Counted from the first letter of the stretch, positions 28,167-39,884 are shown. The stretch is DNA of 64,000 bases from Syntrophales bacterium (GCA_963662405.2 CAXXKT010000001.1:1024001-1088000), one strand, 5' to 3'. Numbers and translations are program-made. The notes: generated from the sequence alone by a model not told the origin.

Positions 28167-30056
28167 TCATCGTTTGCTCTTGACAGGGCCGCGGCAAGCG
28201 TGGTCCTCGACTGAGCGGTCCGCGGGAGGATGAAAATGATCGAATATCTTTTGTGCGGCATTTTCTCCTATTCCCGGTACTTTTTCAAGCTCTTCCCGTG
28301 AGGCTTCCGCGATTTTCCCGATATCCCCGAAAGAGATGAGGAGCGCCTTCTTCCGGGTCGCCCCGATCCCGGGAATCGTGTCCAGGACGGAGCTGAAATC
28401 CTCACGCGTCTTGACCGTACGATGGTAGGTGACCGCGAAACGGTGGGCCTCATCCCGTATCCGCTGCAACAGAAAGAGTGATTGCGGCTGTTTCTCGAGA
28501 TAGAGGGGATTTTTCCGGTTCGGCAGGTAGACACGGTCCCGATCCCGGCGCACCGTTGAGGGCGTCCCGGGAGAAACGATGCGGGCCTCTTTCGCCAGGC
28601 CGATGACGGCCACCCCGTGGATTTCCCGGTCGCGGAGGACGGAGAGGGCGATTCCCATCTGTCCCTTCCCGCCGTCGACGACGATCAGGTCGGGGAGATC
28701 ATCTCCCCCCGCGTAGCGCCGTTCCAGGACCTCGCGCATCATCCCGAAATCGTCGGCCTCATCTTTCGTGCGAATCCTGAAGCGTCGGTAGCGTGACCGG
28801 TCCGGGACCCCGTCGGAGAAGGCAACCATGGAGCCGACGGCGTATTTCCCGCCGATGTTGGATATGTCGAAGCACTCGATGCGCCGGGGCGGCCGTTCCA
28901 GTATGAGAACCCGCGCGAGGCCTTCGATGACCTCCCCGGCGTCCGTTTCCCGTTTTTCTTCTGCCCTGAGGGCGTTTTCGGCGTTGGAAATCGCCAGGGC
29001 GAGGAGGGCCTTTTTCTCCCCCCGCCGGGGGATGATGAGCGAGACCTTCCCTCCCCTCGTTTCGGCGAGCCACTGCTCGATGAGTTCCCCGTCTTCCACC
29101 GCCTCGGAGATGATGACCTCTCCGGGGACGGTAACACCCGTACTGTAATACTGCTTGAGGAGTGAAGAGAAGGCCTCGGCGGTCTCCAGCCGTGTCTTTA
29201 CCGGGGGGAACCGCCGCTGTCCGAGGATGGCCCCCTTCCTGACATGGATGGCGTAGATCTGGAGGAGGTTGCCTTCCCGGTACAGGCCGAAGATGTCCCG
29301 GTCCCGGAGGGATGCCGACACGATCCGCTGTTTTTCCAGTGTGGTCTCGATCGCGGCGATTTTGTCCCGCAGCCGGGCGGCATCCTCGAAGTGCATCTGT
29401 TCCGAGGCCTGTCCCATCCGGGTACGGAGTTGCCGGACGAGCCGCCCGCTCCGCCCCTCGAGAAAGAGGGTCGCCTCGGAGACGATCCGGCGGTATTCCT
29501 CGCGGGTCACGAGGTCGCAGCAGGGGGCGAGGCAGCGGTTGATCTGGTACTCCATGCAGGGGCGGGTTCGCGTCTTGAACTCGAGGTCCCGGCAGGTGCG
29601 CAGGGGGAAGATGCGGTGGAGGTAGCGGAAGGTCTCCTTCATGGAGGCGCTGGAGGAATAGGGGCCGAAATAGCGCGCGCCGTCCTTCCTGATACGGCGG
29701 ACCAACTGGAACCGGGGGAAATCATGGGTCATGTCGAGCCGCAGACAGTAGAAGTTCTTGTCGTCTCGGAGGTCGACGTTGTACCGGGGGCGGTGTTTCT
29801 TGATCAGGTTGTTTTCGAGGATCAGGGCTTCCTTTTCCGTCTGGGTGACGACGAATTCCAGGTCCGCGATGCGGGGGACCAGAAAGGGGATCATCCGCCT
29901 CCCGTCGGTGCCGCCGAAATAGGAGCGGACGCGGGAACGGAGGTCCTTTGCCTTGCCGACGTAGATGACCTTTCCCTCCGCGTCTTTCATGAGATAGACC
30001 CCCGGCCGCCGCGGCGCGGTGCCTATCGTTTCTTTCAGCGCGGCTCTGTCTCCCAT
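28167..30056 (-). CDS. uvrC: Excinuclease ABC subunit C
   Basis: PGVYLMKD..YVGKAKDLRSRV, IECFDISN, DGGKGQ, RDEAHRFA, HhH motifs. Confidence 0.97.
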   Translation of the reverse strand: MGDRAALKETIGTAPRRPGVYLMKDAEGKVIYVGKAKDLRSRVRSYFGGTDGRRMIPFLVPRIADLEFVVTQTEKEALILENNLIKKHRPRYNVDLRDDKNFYCLRLDMTHDFPRFQLVRRIRKDGARYFGPYSSSASMKETFRYLHRIFPLRTCRDLEFKTRTRPCMEYQINRCLAPCCDLVTREEYRRIVSEATLFLEGRSGRLVRQLRTRMGQASEQMHFEDAARLRDKIAAIETTLEKQRIVSASLRDRDIFGLYREGNLLQIYAIHVRKGAILGQRRFPPVKTRLETAEAFSSLLKQYYSTGVTVPGEVIISEAVEDGELIEQWLAETRGGKVSLIIPRRGEKKALLALAISNAENALRAEEKRETDAGEVIEGLARVLILERPPRRIECFDISNIGGKYAVGSMVAFSDGVPDRSRYRRFRIRTKDEADDFGMMREVLERRYAGGDDLPDLIVVDGGKGQMGIALSVLRDREIHGVAVIGLAKEARIVSPGTPSTVRRDRDRVYLPNRKNPLYLEKQPQSLFLLQRIRDEAHRFAVTYHRTVKTREDFSSVLDTIPGIGATRKKALLISFGDIGKIAEASREELEKVPGIGENAAQKIFDHFHPPADRSVEDHACRGPVKSKR

Positions 30057-30074
30057 TGCGTGTCCCGCTCTTCT

Positions 30075-32072
30075 CTATTTCAGGTATCCGAGTTCCGTCT
30101 CCGCCCGTGACAGCTCCTTGATCTCGTCGCGGAGTTTCGCCGCCCGCTCGAATTCGAGGGCCTTCGCCGCCGCCTTCATCTCCTGTTCCAGCTTTCCGAT
30201 CATGGCGGGGATGTCGCCGGATATGTAGGCCTCCATCTTATCCTCGACGCTGACCGTGACATAGTCCGCCTCGTAGATGGAGCTGAGGATGTCGTTCATC
30301 TCCTTCCGGACGGATTCCGGGGTGATATGGTGCTCCTCGTTGAAGGCCTGCTGTATCTTTCTCCTCCGGCGGGTCTCGTCCAGACAGGCCCGGATGGCGG
30401 GGGTGATCTTGTCCGCGTACATGATGACCTGACCCTTGATGTTGCGCGCCGTCCGTCCACTCGTCTGTATCAGCGATCGTTCCGAGCGGAGGAACCCTTG
30501 CTTGTCCGCGTCGAGGATGGCGACCAGTGAGACCTCCGGGATGTCGAGTCCTTCCCTGAGGAGGTTGATCCCGATCAGGGCGTCGTACTGTCCCAGCCGG
30601 AGGTCCCGGATGATCGCAATCCGCTCGAGGGTATTGATGTCGGAGTGGAGATACGCCACCTTCATCCCGAGGTCGTGGTAGTGCTCCGTCAGGTTTTCCG
30701 CCATCCGCTTGGTCAGGGTGGTGACCAGGACCCGGTCCCCCTGTTCGGTCCGTTTCGTGATCTCGCCGAAGAGGTCGTCAACCTGTCCGGCGACCGGCCT
30801 GACTATGATCTCGGGGTCCATCAGACCGGTGGGGCGAATGACCTGCTCCACGACCACGTTTCCCGCCTGCTGCAGCTCATACGCCGCCGGTGTGGCCGAT
30901 ATGTACAATCGCTGGTTGGAGAAGGCCTCGAATTCCCCGAAGGTGAGCGGGCGGTTGTCGAGGGCGGAGGGGAGTCGGAAGCCGTATTCGACGAGGGTTG
31001 TCTTGCGAGAGCGGTCCCCTCTGTACATGGCGTTAATCTGGGGAACGGTGGCGTGACTCTCGTCGAGGATCACGAGGGCGTCCGCCGGGAGGTATTCCAT
31101 CAGGGTGGGGGGTGGGTCTCCCGGTCTGCGTCCGGTCAGGTACCGGGAATAGTTCTCGATCCCCTGGCAGTACCCCATCTCCTCCATCATCTCGATGTCG
31201 AAGAGGGTCCGCTGCTGGAGGCGTTGCGCCTCCAGCAGCTTGTTCTGTTCCTTCAGAAAGGTCAGGCGCTCGGCCAGCTCGTCGCGGATCCCCTCGATGG
31301 CCTGTTTCATGGTGTCACGTGTCGCTACGTAGTGGCTCCCGGGGAAGATGGTGGTCCGGGCGAGGGTGGATATCTTGACCCCCCTGAGCGGATCGACAAC
31401 AGAGATGGCTTCCACGGTGTCCCCGAAAAATTCCACCCGCACGGCCCGCTCCTCTTCGTAGGCGGGGAAGATTTCAACCACATCCCCCCGGACGCGGAAC
31501 GTCCCGCGGTGAAAGTCGATGTCGTTGCGCTCGTACTGGATCTCGACCAGCCGCCTGAGGAGCTCTTCCCGCCCGATCTCCCTGTCCGTTTCGAGGCCGA
31601 TCTGCATGGCGGCGTACCGGTCGGGAGAGCCGATACCGTAGATACAGGAGACGCTGGCCACGACGATGACGTCCCGTCGCTCCAGGAGGGAACGGGTGGC
31701 CGAATGGCGGAGCTTGTCGATCCGATCGTTGATGGAGGAATCCTTCTCGATGTAGGTATCGGTGCTCGGGATGTATGCCTCGGGTTGATAGTAATCGTAG
31801 TAACTGACGAAATACTCCACGGCATTGTTCGGGAAGAAGACCTTGAACTCGTTATAGAGCTGGGCCGCCAAGGTCTTGTTGTGTGCGATGACGAGGGCGG
31901 GACGCTGGGACTGCTCGATCACGTTGGCGACGGTGAAGGTCTTCCCCGAGCCGGTGACCCCCAAGAGGACCTGGTGCCGGTCCCCCCGCTCGACCCCCTC
32001 GGCGAGTCGCGCGATCGCCTCGGGCTGATCCCCTTTGGGCCTGAATTCCGTTACTATGTGCAATGGCTCCAT
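30075..32072 (-). CDS. uvrB: Excinuclease ABC subunit B
   Basis: [47 protein letters not shown]. Confidence 0.98.
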   Translation of the reverse strand: MEPLHIVTEFRPKGDQPEAIARLAEGVERGDRHQVLLGVTGSGKTFTVANVIEQSQRPALVIAHNKTLAAQLYNEFKVFFPNNAVEYFVSYYDYYQPEAYIPSTDTYIEKDSSINDRIDKLRHSATRSLLERRDVIVVASVSCIYGIGSPDRYAAMQIGLETDREIGREELLRRLVEIQYERNDIDFHRGTFRVRGDVVEIFPAYEEERAVRVEFFGDTVEAISVVDPLRGVKISTLARTTIFPGSHYVATRDTMKQAIEGIRDELAERLTFLKEQNKLLEAQRLQQRTLFDIEMMEEMGYCQGIENYSRYLTGRRPGDPPPTLMEYLPADALVILDESHATVPQINAMYRGDRSRKTTLVEYGFRLPSALDNRPLTFGEFEAFSNQRLYISATPAAYELQQAGNVVVEQVIRPTGLMDPEIIVRPVAGQVDDLFGEITKRTEQGDRVLVTTLTKRMAENLTEHYHDLGMKVAYLHSDINTLERIAIIRDLRLGQYDALIGINLLREGLDIPEVSLVAILDADKQGFLRSERSLIQTSGRTARNIKGQVIMYADKITPAIRACLDETRRRRKIQQAFNEEHHITPESVRKEMNDILSSIYEADYVTVSVEDKMEAYISGDIPAMIGKLEQEMKAAAKALEFERAAKLRDEIKELSRAETELGYLK

Positions 32073-32314
32073 CGCATACTTCCCGGGTGGGCGTGCCGCC
32101 CGGCCGGTGTCCTCCTTTCGGAAACCTTTCACTAACTGATGGGTTTTGTCAATAGATTGTTCGAATGTTCTTTCCCGGACATATCGCGATCCGGGAACGT
32201 GATATGTTGACTTTTACCGCAAGGAAAGATATCCTTAAAACCATTGACGGATTTGTGCCCCACCGTGCCGGGCGCATCGAGATCAACCTTGTAGGTGAGA
32301 GATTACCAGGACCG

Positions 32315-33580
32315 TTGGAATACGAACTAACCATTAAGTTGATCTTATTGGCTTTCCTTCTTGTAATATCCGGATTCTTTTCCGGTTCCGAGGCGGCCAT
32401 ATTTTTCCTTACCCCCCTGCATCTTCACAAGATGAAAGAGGAGCGGTTTCCCTTTACGGGGTATGTCGAACGGTTGCTGGCACGCCCGCGGAATCTGCTC
32501 GTCACCATTATCGCCGGGAACGAATCGGTCAATATCGCCATCACCACGCTGACGACCTCCGTCCTGATATATCTCTTCGGGGCCGACGGGAAGTGGATCG
32601 CCATCGCCGTTGCCAGTATTGTCCTGAGCATATTTTGCGAAGCCATACCCAAGACCTTCGGGGTCACTCACCCCATGCGTTTTGCCAGTGCCGTCTCCCT
32701 TCCCCTGGTTGTCTTGACCGGCCTGTTGCGACCGGTCGTCTGGTTTCTCGAAAAGATATCCGACCTGTTTGTCGCGCTCTTCGGGAAGAAACACCGCATA
32801 GAAGAACAGACGCTGACCGAGGATGAGTTTAAGGCGCTGGTCGACGCCGGGCATCAGGAGGGTGCTCTGGAAGAGACGCAAAAGGACCTGATCCACCGGG
32901 TATTCGAGCTTGCCGATACAAAGGTATCCGAGATCATGATACCGCGGGTCGACATGTTTTGCATTCCGGTCGCCATGAGCATGCAGGAGATAGCGAGAGA
33001 AATCATACAAACCCGCGTGGTTCGTATTCCCATCTATGGGGCGAACCGCGACGATATCTTGGGGATCCTCCACTCGAAACACCTGCTGGCCGCAATCGCG
33101 GGAAGCCAGGGTCCTGTCAAATGGCAGAGTCTGATCAAGAAGCCCTACTTCGTCCCCGTAGAAAAAAGAGCAGACGAGATGCTCCGGGATTTCCAGGCGA
33201 GGAGGCTTCAGATTGCGATCGTGGTCGACGAATACGGTGGTGTCGCCGGGGTGGTGACCCTCGATGCGGTCCTCAAAACCCTCTTCGCGGACATCTATGA
33301 GGAACCGGGAGATGACCGGAACCGGATTCAGCGAATCGGCGATCAATCCATCATCTCCGGCATGATGGATATCGAAGATTTCGCCAGTCTTGTCGATATC
33401 CCGATTCCAATGGAAGCCTTCGACACGGCGGGAGGATACATCGTTCACCTCTTCGGGGAACTGCCGGCCGAGGGGGAGACGGTATCGGCAGGGGACTACA
33501 CCTTCACGGCGGAGAAGATAGACAAGGCGCGGATACAGACCATCCGCATCACGAAACGGGAGGACCCTGATCATGACTGA
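32315..33580 (+). CDS. CNNM/CBS/CorC hemolysin-family transporter (start uncertain)
   Basis: SGFFSGSEAA, EAIPKT, IMIPRVD, VVDEYGGVAG. Confidence 0.9.
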   Translation: MEYELTIKLILLAFLLVISGFFSGSEAAIFFLTPLHLHKMKEERFPFTGYVERLLARPRNLLVTIIAGNESVNIAITTLTTSVLIYLFGADGKWIAIAVASIVLSIFCEAIPKTFGVTHPMRFASAVSLPLVVLTGLLRPVVWFLEKISDLFVALFGKKHRIEEQTLTEDEFKALVDAGHQEGALEETQKDLIHRVFELADTKVSEIMIPRVDMFCIPVAMSMQEIAREIIQTRVVRIPIYGANRDDILGILHSKHLLAAIAGSQGPVKWQSLIKKPYFVPVEKRADEMLRDFQARRLQIAIVVDEYGGVAGVVTLDAVLKTLFADIYEEPGDDRNRIQRIGDQSIISGMMDIEDFASLVDIPIPMEAFDTAGGYIVHLFGELPAEGETVSAGDYTFTAEKIDKARIQTIRITKREDPDHD

Positions 33581-34868
33581 TCTCATCTTCCTCCTCTCGA
33601 TCGCCCTGTTCCTCTTTCTGGAGGGGCTTTTCTCCGGCGGGGAACTGGCTCTCGTGTCCTGCGACATCAATATCATGAGACGCAAGGCACAAACCGGTTC
33701 ACGCTCCGCATCCATCGCCCTGAAGTTGATGGAAAAGCCGGAGTGGTTCCTGGCAACCACACTGACCGGTACGAATCTTTGTGCCGTCACCAACACCGCC
33801 CTGACCACGGCCCTCTTCATATCCTCCTTTGGGGCCGAAACGGGGGAACTCCTCTCCATCGTTGTGATGATTCCCCTGATCCTGGTGGTGGGTGAGGTTA
33901 TCCCGAAGAGCATCTTTCAGCAGCACGCGAATCGGATGGTCCCCCGGATTGCCTGGTTTCTCTGGACCGCATCCTGGGTACTCTATCCGATTGTTTTTGT
34001 CCTTTCCCGGATCTCACGGAGAACCGTGTATACCTTTTCCGGGAAACGGGATCACCCGTACCCGTCGTACATAACAAAAAACGGCCTGGAATCGCTCCTG
34101 CGGGATGAACGGGACGGGAGCGACATTATGAAACCGGAAAAAGAGATGATCCGGCGGGTCTTCGATTTTTCCGATTCCACGGCGGATCAGCTGATGGTTC
34201 CCCTCTCAAATGTTACCGTCGTACCGGCGGCCATGCCCCTGCGGGAGGCAATGCACATTATTGCCGATGAAGGGTACTCCTATATCCCGGTTTACCGTGA
34301 CACGGTGTTCAATATTGTCGGAATATTGTACTCCTTTGATATACTGGAGGCCCTCTCGGGAGGTGCAGGGGGACTCAGTTCCCCCGATGAGATGCTCGTC
34401 GAACAGTACATGAAGCCCAAGGTCCTGTACGTTCCCGAAGCCAAACTGGCGAAGGAACTGTTTCTGGAGCTGCAGAACAGGGGTGAGCAGATGGCCGTTA
34501 TCGTCGATGAGTACGGCGGTGCCGTCGGTATCGTCACCATCGAAGATATCCTGGAAGAGATTGTTGGGGAGATCGAAGATGAATACCACAGTGACGGGGA
34601 TATCCTCTATCGCAAGGTTGGCCCGGGACGGTATCTCTTCAATGCACAGGCGAAGATCGATACCGTTCGCGGTCTCCTCCCCGTCGCCATCCCCTCGGGA
34701 GACTATGAGACCCTCGGGGGATTTCTCCTGTATAAGATGGGAAGGATTCCTCGGGGGGGCGAGAGCTACCGGCATGATACGGTTACCTTCGTTGTCGAGG
34801 ACGCCGACATGAAGGTGATCCGTGAGGTCTTGGTCGTCCTTCCCCCCGGTATGGACCTGCTCAGATAG
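33573..34868 (+). CDS. CNNM/CBS/CorC hemolysin-family transporter
   Basis: [42 protein letters not shown]. Confidence 0.92.
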   Translation: MTDLIFLLSIALFLFLEGLFSGGELALVSCDINIMRRKAQTGSRSASIALKLMEKPEWFLATTLTGTNLCAVTNTALTTALFISSFGAETGELLSIVVMIPLILVVGEVIPKSIFQQHANRMVPRIAWFLWTASWVLYPIVFVLSRISRRTVYTFSGKRDHPYPSYITKNGLESLLRDERDGSDIMKPEKEMIRRVFDFSDSTADQLMVPLSNVTVVPAAMPLREAMHIIADEGYSYIPVYRDTVFNIVGILYSFDILEALSGGAGGLSSPDEMLVEQYMKPKVLYVPEAKLAKELFLELQNRGEQMAVIVDEYGGAVGIVTIEDILEEIVGEIEDEYHSDGDILYRKVGPGRYLFNAQAKIDTVRGLLPVAIPSGDYETLGGFLLYKMGRIPRGGESYRHDTVTFVVEDADMKVIREVLVVLPPGMDLLR

Positions 34869-34882
34869 AAAGGACCTGATAG

Positions 34883-35647
34883 ATGCGAGAGTCGAATGGA
34901 ACGGAGTTGGCGGCGATTATCCTTGCCGCGGGCAAGGGGACGCGGATGAGGTCCGATCTGGTCAAGGTGCTCCATCCCCTCTGCGGGAAACCGATGGTGT
35001 GGTACGTGGCGGCGCTCGCCCGGACTCTCGGGGTACGGAAAACCGTTGCCGTCGTGGGGCACCAGGCGTCGATGGTCAGGAAAGCCATGGCCGGGCAGGG
35101 GCTCATCTATGCCCTGCAGGAAGAACAGATGGGGAGTGCTCACGCCGTCCTGCAGGCTGCCCAAGCGCTGAATGGATTTGGGGGAGATGTCCTGATACTG
35201 TGCGGCGATGTTCCGCTCCTTCTTCCCGTTACCATTGAATCCCTCCTGACGAGTCACCGCGCCCACGGCGGGGTTATCACGGTCATGACCGCCCTTCTGG
35301 ACGACCCCGGCACATACGGTCGAGTGGTCAAGAACGAGACCGGTGATGTACTGAAGATCGTTGAGGCACGCGACGCCGATCCGGAAGAGAAGAAGATCAA
35401 GGAGATCAATACGGGGATATACTGTGCCCGGGCCGAATTTCTCTTTGAGGCCGTTCGCGTCATAGGAAACACGAACGCCCAGGGCGAGTATTACTTTACC
35501 GACATCTTCGAAATCGCCCGGAACGAAGGGCACAGGACCGGATCATTTATTATCCCCGATCCAGTCGAGGCCATGGGAATCAACACACCGGAAGACCTGA
35601 AGGCGGCGGATAAAATAATGCGATCCCGGTCGCCACATCGATTGTAA
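34883..35647 (+). CDS. GlmU-like N-acetylglucosamine-1-phosphate uridylyltransferase domain only
   Basis: ILAAGKGTRM, KVLHP, GDVPLL, YGRV, EINTG, NAQGEYYFTD, GIN; ends at 254 aa. Confidence 0.88.
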   Translation: MRESNGTELAAIILAAGKGTRMRSDLVKVLHPLCGKPMVWYVAALARTLGVRKTVAVVGHQASMVRKAMAGQGLIYALQEEQMGSAHAVLQAAQALNGFGGDVLILCGDVPLLLPVTIESLLTSHRAHGGVITVMTALLDDPGTYGRVVKNETGDVLKIVEARDADPEEKKIKEINTGIYCARAEFLFEAVRVIGNTNAQGEYYFTDIFEIARNEGHRTGSFIIPDPVEAMGINTPEDLKAADKIMRSRSPHRL

Positions 35648-35802
35648 CCCCGCGAAACAACCATCCGCAGTCTGTTCATGGGAATTCCCCGGTTCAGCTC
35701 AGATTTGTCCTTCCGTTATGTACTTTGGGATTGACTTCAAAAGAGGGAATTGTTAGGAAAACGAGTTTTGAAAAATTAAAGTCCTTTGTGAGGAGGAGTA
35801 CC

Positions 35803-38208
35803 ATGGAAGCCAAGAAGCTCGTACTCTGGTTTAATGAAATAGAGCTGGGGGATATTCCGCAGGTTGGAGGGAAAAATGCATCTCTGGGAGAAATGTTCCG
35901 GGAACTGCCCGCCAAGGGGGTGAACATCCCGGATGGATTCGCCGTCACCGCCGATGCGTACCGATATCTCCTGGAATCCGCAGGCATAGGGGATAAGATC
36001 GAACAGATCCTCTCCGATCTGGATACGCACGACATGCATAACCTCAGCGAAAAAGGGGAAAAGATCAGATCCCTTATATACAACGCAGTGATGCCTGACG
36101 ATCTCAACCAGGCAATTCTCGATGCCTACGGGAAGCTGTGCGAGGAATACGGGAAGGATACCGATGTGGCCGTGCGGTCATCCGCGACGGCCGAAGACCT
36201 GCCCGATGCCAGTTTTGCCGGGCAGCAGGAGACATACCTGAACATCAGGGGAAACGAGGGGCTGATCGATGCCTGCAAGCGATGTTTTGCCTCACTCTTC
36301 ACCAACCGGGCCATTTCATACCGGGAGGACAAGGATTTTGACCACTTGTCCGTTGCTCTTTCCATCGGTGTCCAGAAGATGGTCCGTTCCGACCTGGCGG
36401 CCTCGGGCGTTATCTTCTCCATCGATACCGAATCGGGATTCAAGGATGCCGTTCTCCTCACCGGATCGTACGGTCTGGGCGAGCTGGTTGTTCAGGGAAC
36501 CGTAAATCCCGATGAATTCTACGTCTTTAAGCCGACTCTCAAAACCGGGTTTAAACCGATTCTTCAAAAGAAACTGGGAACCAAAGAGGTCAAGATGATC
36601 TATGCATCGGGGAAGAAAGAGCCCGTCGAGATCGTCCCGGTCCCCGAAGACCAACGAAAACAGTTCTGTATCACGGAAGAAGAGATCCTGAGGCTTGCCC
36701 AGTGGACGGCGATCATCGAAGATCACTACTCCGCCCAGGCCGGGTACTTCAAACCTATGGACATCGAGTGGGGAAAGGACGGCCGCACCGGTGAGCTCTT
36801 CATCCTGCAGGCCCGCCCCGAGACCGTACAGTCACAGAGGGACGCCAATGTCTTGGAAAGTTACAAACTTGCCGAGGCGGCGAACGTCCTCGTGACGGGG
36901 ACGGCGGTCGGATCGAAGATCGGCTCAGGGCCGGCGCATGTTATTGAAAGTGTTAACGAGATCAGAGATTTCAAGAAGGGGGAGGTCCTCATCACCGACA
37001 TGACCGACCCCGACTGGGAGCCGATCATGAAGATCGCCGCTGCCATTGTGACGAACAAAGGCGGGCGGACTTGCCATGCGGCGATTATCAGTCGGGAACT
37101 GGGAGTCCCCTGTATCGTGGGAACGGGGGACGGCACCGAGAAGCTCAAGGATGTCAAAGAGGTGACGGCATCGTGTGCCGAAGGAGAAGTGGGGAACGTC
37201 TATGGGGGGATCCTGAAATACGATGTCACGAGAATCAACCTGGAAGAAATGAAGCGCCCCAAGACCAACATCATGATGAATGTGGGGAATCCCGATATCG
37301 CCTTCAACGTGGCGCATATCCCCAATGACGGGGTCGGACTGGCGCGGCTGGAGTTTATCATCAGCAATTTTATCAAGATACACCCCATGGCCCTGATCAA
37401 GTTTGACACGCTGAAGGATGAAAAGACAAAAAAAGAGATCGAGGAACTCACGCTGGGATATGCGAACAAGGTTGATTTCTTTGTCGACAAGCTGGCGCAG
37501 GGGGTGGCGAAGATCGGTGCCGCCTTCTATCCGAATGACGTCATCGTCAGGATGAGCGATTTCAAGAGCAACGAATACGCCAATCTGATCGGCGGACCAC
37601 TCTTCGAAGTGGAAGAAGAAAACCCGATGATCGGCTTCAGAGGGGCCTCGCGTTACTATGATAATCGCTATCGGGAGGGATTTGAGCTCGAGTGCAAGGC
37701 GATGCTGAAGGTCCGCAACGAGATGGGGCTCTCCAACGTAAAACTGATGATCCCCTTCTGTCGGACCGTCGATGAGGCGAAAAAGGTCGTCGATGTCATG
37801 GCGAAAAACGGTCTCGTCCAGGGGGAAAACGCCCTTGAACTGTACATGATGGTCGAGATTCCGAGCAACGTCGTTTTGATAGAGGAGTTCGGAAAGATCT
37901 TCGACGGATTCTCCATCGGATCGAACGATCTGACCCAGCTCACGTTGGGGCTCGACAGGGATTCGGCTCTGATATCGCATATCTTTGATGAGCGGAACCA
38001 GGCGGTAACGATCCTTATCCGGGATGCGATCGCCAAGGCGAGGAAGATGGGACGGAAGATCGGTATCTGCGGGCAGGCGCCGAGCGATTATCCCGAGTTT
38101 GCGGAGTTTCTGGTCGAATGTGGTATCAACAGCATCTCGCTCATTTCCGATACCGTTATTGAAACGACGCTGAAGGTGCTCGAAACGGAAAAGGCCTTGG
38201 GGCGGTAA
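35803..38208 (+). CDS. ppsA: Phosphoenolpyruvate synthase
   Basis: VGGKNASLGEM, RSSATAEDLP, GGRTCHAAI, GFSIGSNDLTQL, ICGQAPSD; AGGAGG RBS. Confidence 0.97.
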   Translation: MEAKKLVLWFNEIELGDIPQVGGKNASLGEMFRELPAKGVNIPDGFAVTADAYRYLLESAGIGDKIEQILSDLDTHDMHNLSEKGEKIRSLIYNAVMPDDLNQAILDAYGKLCEEYGKDTDVAVRSSATAEDLPDASFAGQQETYLNIRGNEGLIDACKRCFASLFTNRAISYREDKDFDHLSVALSIGVQKMVRSDLAASGVIFSIDTESGFKDAVLLTGSYGLGELVVQGTVNPDEFYVFKPTLKTGFKPILQKKLGTKEVKMIYASGKKEPVEIVPVPEDQRKQFCITEEEILRLAQWTAIIEDHYSAQAGYFKPMDIEWGKDGRTGELFILQARPETVQSQRDANVLESYKLAEAANVLVTGTAVGSKIGSGPAHVIESVNEIRDFKKGEVLITDMTDPDWEPIMKIAAAIVTNKGGRTCHAAIISRELGVPCIVGTGDGTEKLKDVKEVTASCAEGEVGNVYGGILKYDVTRINLEEMKRPKTNIMMNVGNPDIAFNVAHIPNDGVGLARLEFIISNFIKIHPMALIKFDTLKDEKTKKEIEELTLGYANKVDFFVDKLAQGVAKIGAAFYPNDVIVRMSDFKSNEYANLIGGPLFEVEEENPMIGFRGASRYYDNRYREGFELECKAMLKVRNEMGLSNVKLMIPFCRTVDEAKKVVDVMAKNGLVQGENALELYMMVEIPSNVVLIEEFGKIFDGFSIGSNDLTQLTLGLDRDSALISHIFDERNQAVTILIRDAIAKARKMGRKIGICGQAPSDYPEFAEFLVECGINSISLISDTVIETTLKVLETEKALGR

Positions 38209-38235
38209 CTGCTCCGGACAGAGAAAGGTGAATTG

Positions 38236-38275
38236 AAAAAGGGGGTGCGGCCGAAGTAACCGCATCCCCTTTCTT
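38236..38275. terminator. Bidirectional Rho-independent terminator between ppsA and rnpB
   Basis: AAAAA-GGGGGTGCGG..CCGCATCCCC-TTTCTT. Confidence 0.8.
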
Positions 38276-38283
38276 GTACGTGT

Positions 38284-38660
38284 GTCAGAGTAGATCTGTA
38301 AGCCGAGTTCTGTCTCTCTTCCCGGTTCCCCCGGAAGAGCGATGATCATTCATCTGGGACAACGATTGCCCGCTGCCTCAAGCAACCTACCCGGAAACTT
38401 CGGACGGGCCGCCCTCGAACGTTTCCCTATTTGGTCTTGCTCCGGATGGGGTTTACCATGCCTTCCCCGTCACCGGGGAAGCGGTGAGCTCTTACCTCGC
38501 CTTTTCACCCTTACCTCGATGTGTATCGAGGCGGTATCTTTTCTGTGGCACTTTCCTTAGGGTCGCCCCCAGTCGCCGTTAGCGACCATCCTGCCCTGTG
38601 GAGCTCGGACTTTCCTCCGACCCGCCGAAGCGGGCCCGCGATCATCCGATCTGCTCTGAC
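38284..38660 (-). ncRNA. rnpB: RNase P RNA, bacterial class A
   Basis: Minus strand GAGGAAAGTCCGAGC, AGTGCCACAGAAAA, GGGTGAAAAGG, GGTAAACCCC..GAGCAAG, ACAGAACTCGGCTTA; ends pair as P1. Confidence 0.95.
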
Positions 38661-38683
38661 AACAAGAACATTATATCAGGTTT

Positions 38684-39106
38684 CTAAAAGACGTCAACCG
38701 CATCGTCAATGGCCTCATTGGCAAGTTGGTCGGCCATGGCGTTCTCGCTCCGCGGGACATGTGAGACGGTATATCCGTCGAAACGGGAAAGATATTTCCG
38801 TACCTCACGCATCAGGACCTTCAAGCGGTCGTTCTTGATCCGATAAACGCCGGTGATCTGCCTGACCAAAAGCTCAGAATCGAGAAAGATGCGGATGTCT
38901 CTATGCCCCCCGTTCAGTGCCTCCTGAAGTCCCAGAATCAGAGCGTTATACTCGGCCTCATTGTTCGTACAGGTTCCCAGGAATTTCTTTGCGGATGCCA
39001 CCACGTCCCCTTCTTTGTTGAGAAGGACCGCTCCTGCTCCCCCATGGCCGGGATTTCCACGGGACGCACCGTCGGTATACAAGAGGATCGCGTCTTTCTC
39101 AGGCAT
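38684..39106 (-). CDS. rnhA: Ribonuclease HI family protein
   Basis: YTDGASRGNPG, TNNEAEY, DSELLVRQ, HVPRSENAMADQLAN. Confidence 0.92.
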   Translation of the reverse strand: MPEKDAILLYTDGASRGNPGHGGAGAVLLNKEGDVVASAKKFLGTCTNNEAEYNALILGLQEALNGGHRDIRIFLDSELLVRQITGVYRIKNDRLKVLMREVRKYLSRFDGYTVSHVPRSENAMADQLANEAIDDAVDVF

Positions 39107-39827
39107 TGTCGCCGCCGTTTCTGTCTTCCCAGTAGATGATCCGGTCACAGTGGGGACACATCATGAGTCTGTCATTCCGTTGCAGTTCGTTATACATCTG
39201 TGGCGGTATGTTCATGTGACATCCGTGGCAGACCGCCTTCCACACGGGCACTATGACTCTGCCGCCCTTCCTGGATCTGATCATATCGAATTTCTTAAGG
39301 ATTGTTTTATCTGTTTTGCTTCTCACGTTGTCCCGTCTGTGGTGGGCCTTTTCCAGTTCTGAATCAATGGAATTGAGTTCGTTCTCCATTTGTCTGATTT
39401 CTTCTTCACACATGGAGCGGCGTTCGGCTGTCTCGGTCGCCCGTCTCTTAAGAATCTCTCCGGCGGTGTCGATCGCTTCGAGCATCCGAAGGATCTCGTC
39501 TTCCGTTGAACTGTTTTTTGCCTGAATGGACTCAATCTCTTTCAGGAGGGCCTCATATTCTTTGTTACTCTTGACGTCAAACAGACGGCCCTTTGATTTC
39601 TTTACCTGTTCAACACTGTTTTTCAGAGCTGTTTCTTGTGCTTTATGGTCGGCCTTCAGCGCCTCGACCTTCTGTTCGTCTTCATTCAACTCTTTCTCAA
39701 TATCCTCTAACTCTTCGCCGAGTCTTTGTATGTCCTGAGGCAAATTAACTCGTTTTGCAGTCAGGGTGTCGATCTCTCCATTGATGCTCTGAAGCTCAAT
39801 CAACAAACGTATCTGCTCTTTCAACAA
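39099..39827 (-). CDS. Coiled-coil C4-type zinc-ribbon protein (DUF164-like)
   Basis: LIELQ, SNKEYEALLKEIE, CHGC..IPPQ..CPHCDRI. Confidence 0.9.
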   Translation of the reverse strand: MLKEQIRLLIELQSINGEIDTLTAKRVNLPQDIQRLGEELEDIEKELNEDEQKVEALKADHKAQETALKNSVEQVKKSKGRLFDVKSNKEYEALLKEIESIQAKNSSTEDEILRMLEAIDTAGEILKRRATETAERRSMCEEEIRQMENELNSIDSELEKAHHRRDNVRSKTDKTILKKFDMIRSRKGGRVIVPVWKAVCHGCHMNIPPQMYNELQRNDRLMMCPHCDRIIYWEDRNGGDNA

Positions 39828-39851
39828 TTTTCCCCTTTCCTAACGATGCGC

Positions 39852-39884
39852 AAAAAAAAAGTGCACCAGAATCTTGGTGCACTT
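39852..39884 (-). terminator. Rho-independent terminator downstream of the tRNA
   Basis: Minus strand AAGTGCACCA-AGAT-TCTGGTGCACTT hairpin region followed by a T9 run. Confidence 0.75.

Noticed and set aside
39099..39827. CHGCH as a heme-binding motif
   Set aside because: It is part of the cytoplasmic C4 zinc ribbon (pairs with CPHC), and the protein has no signal peptide.
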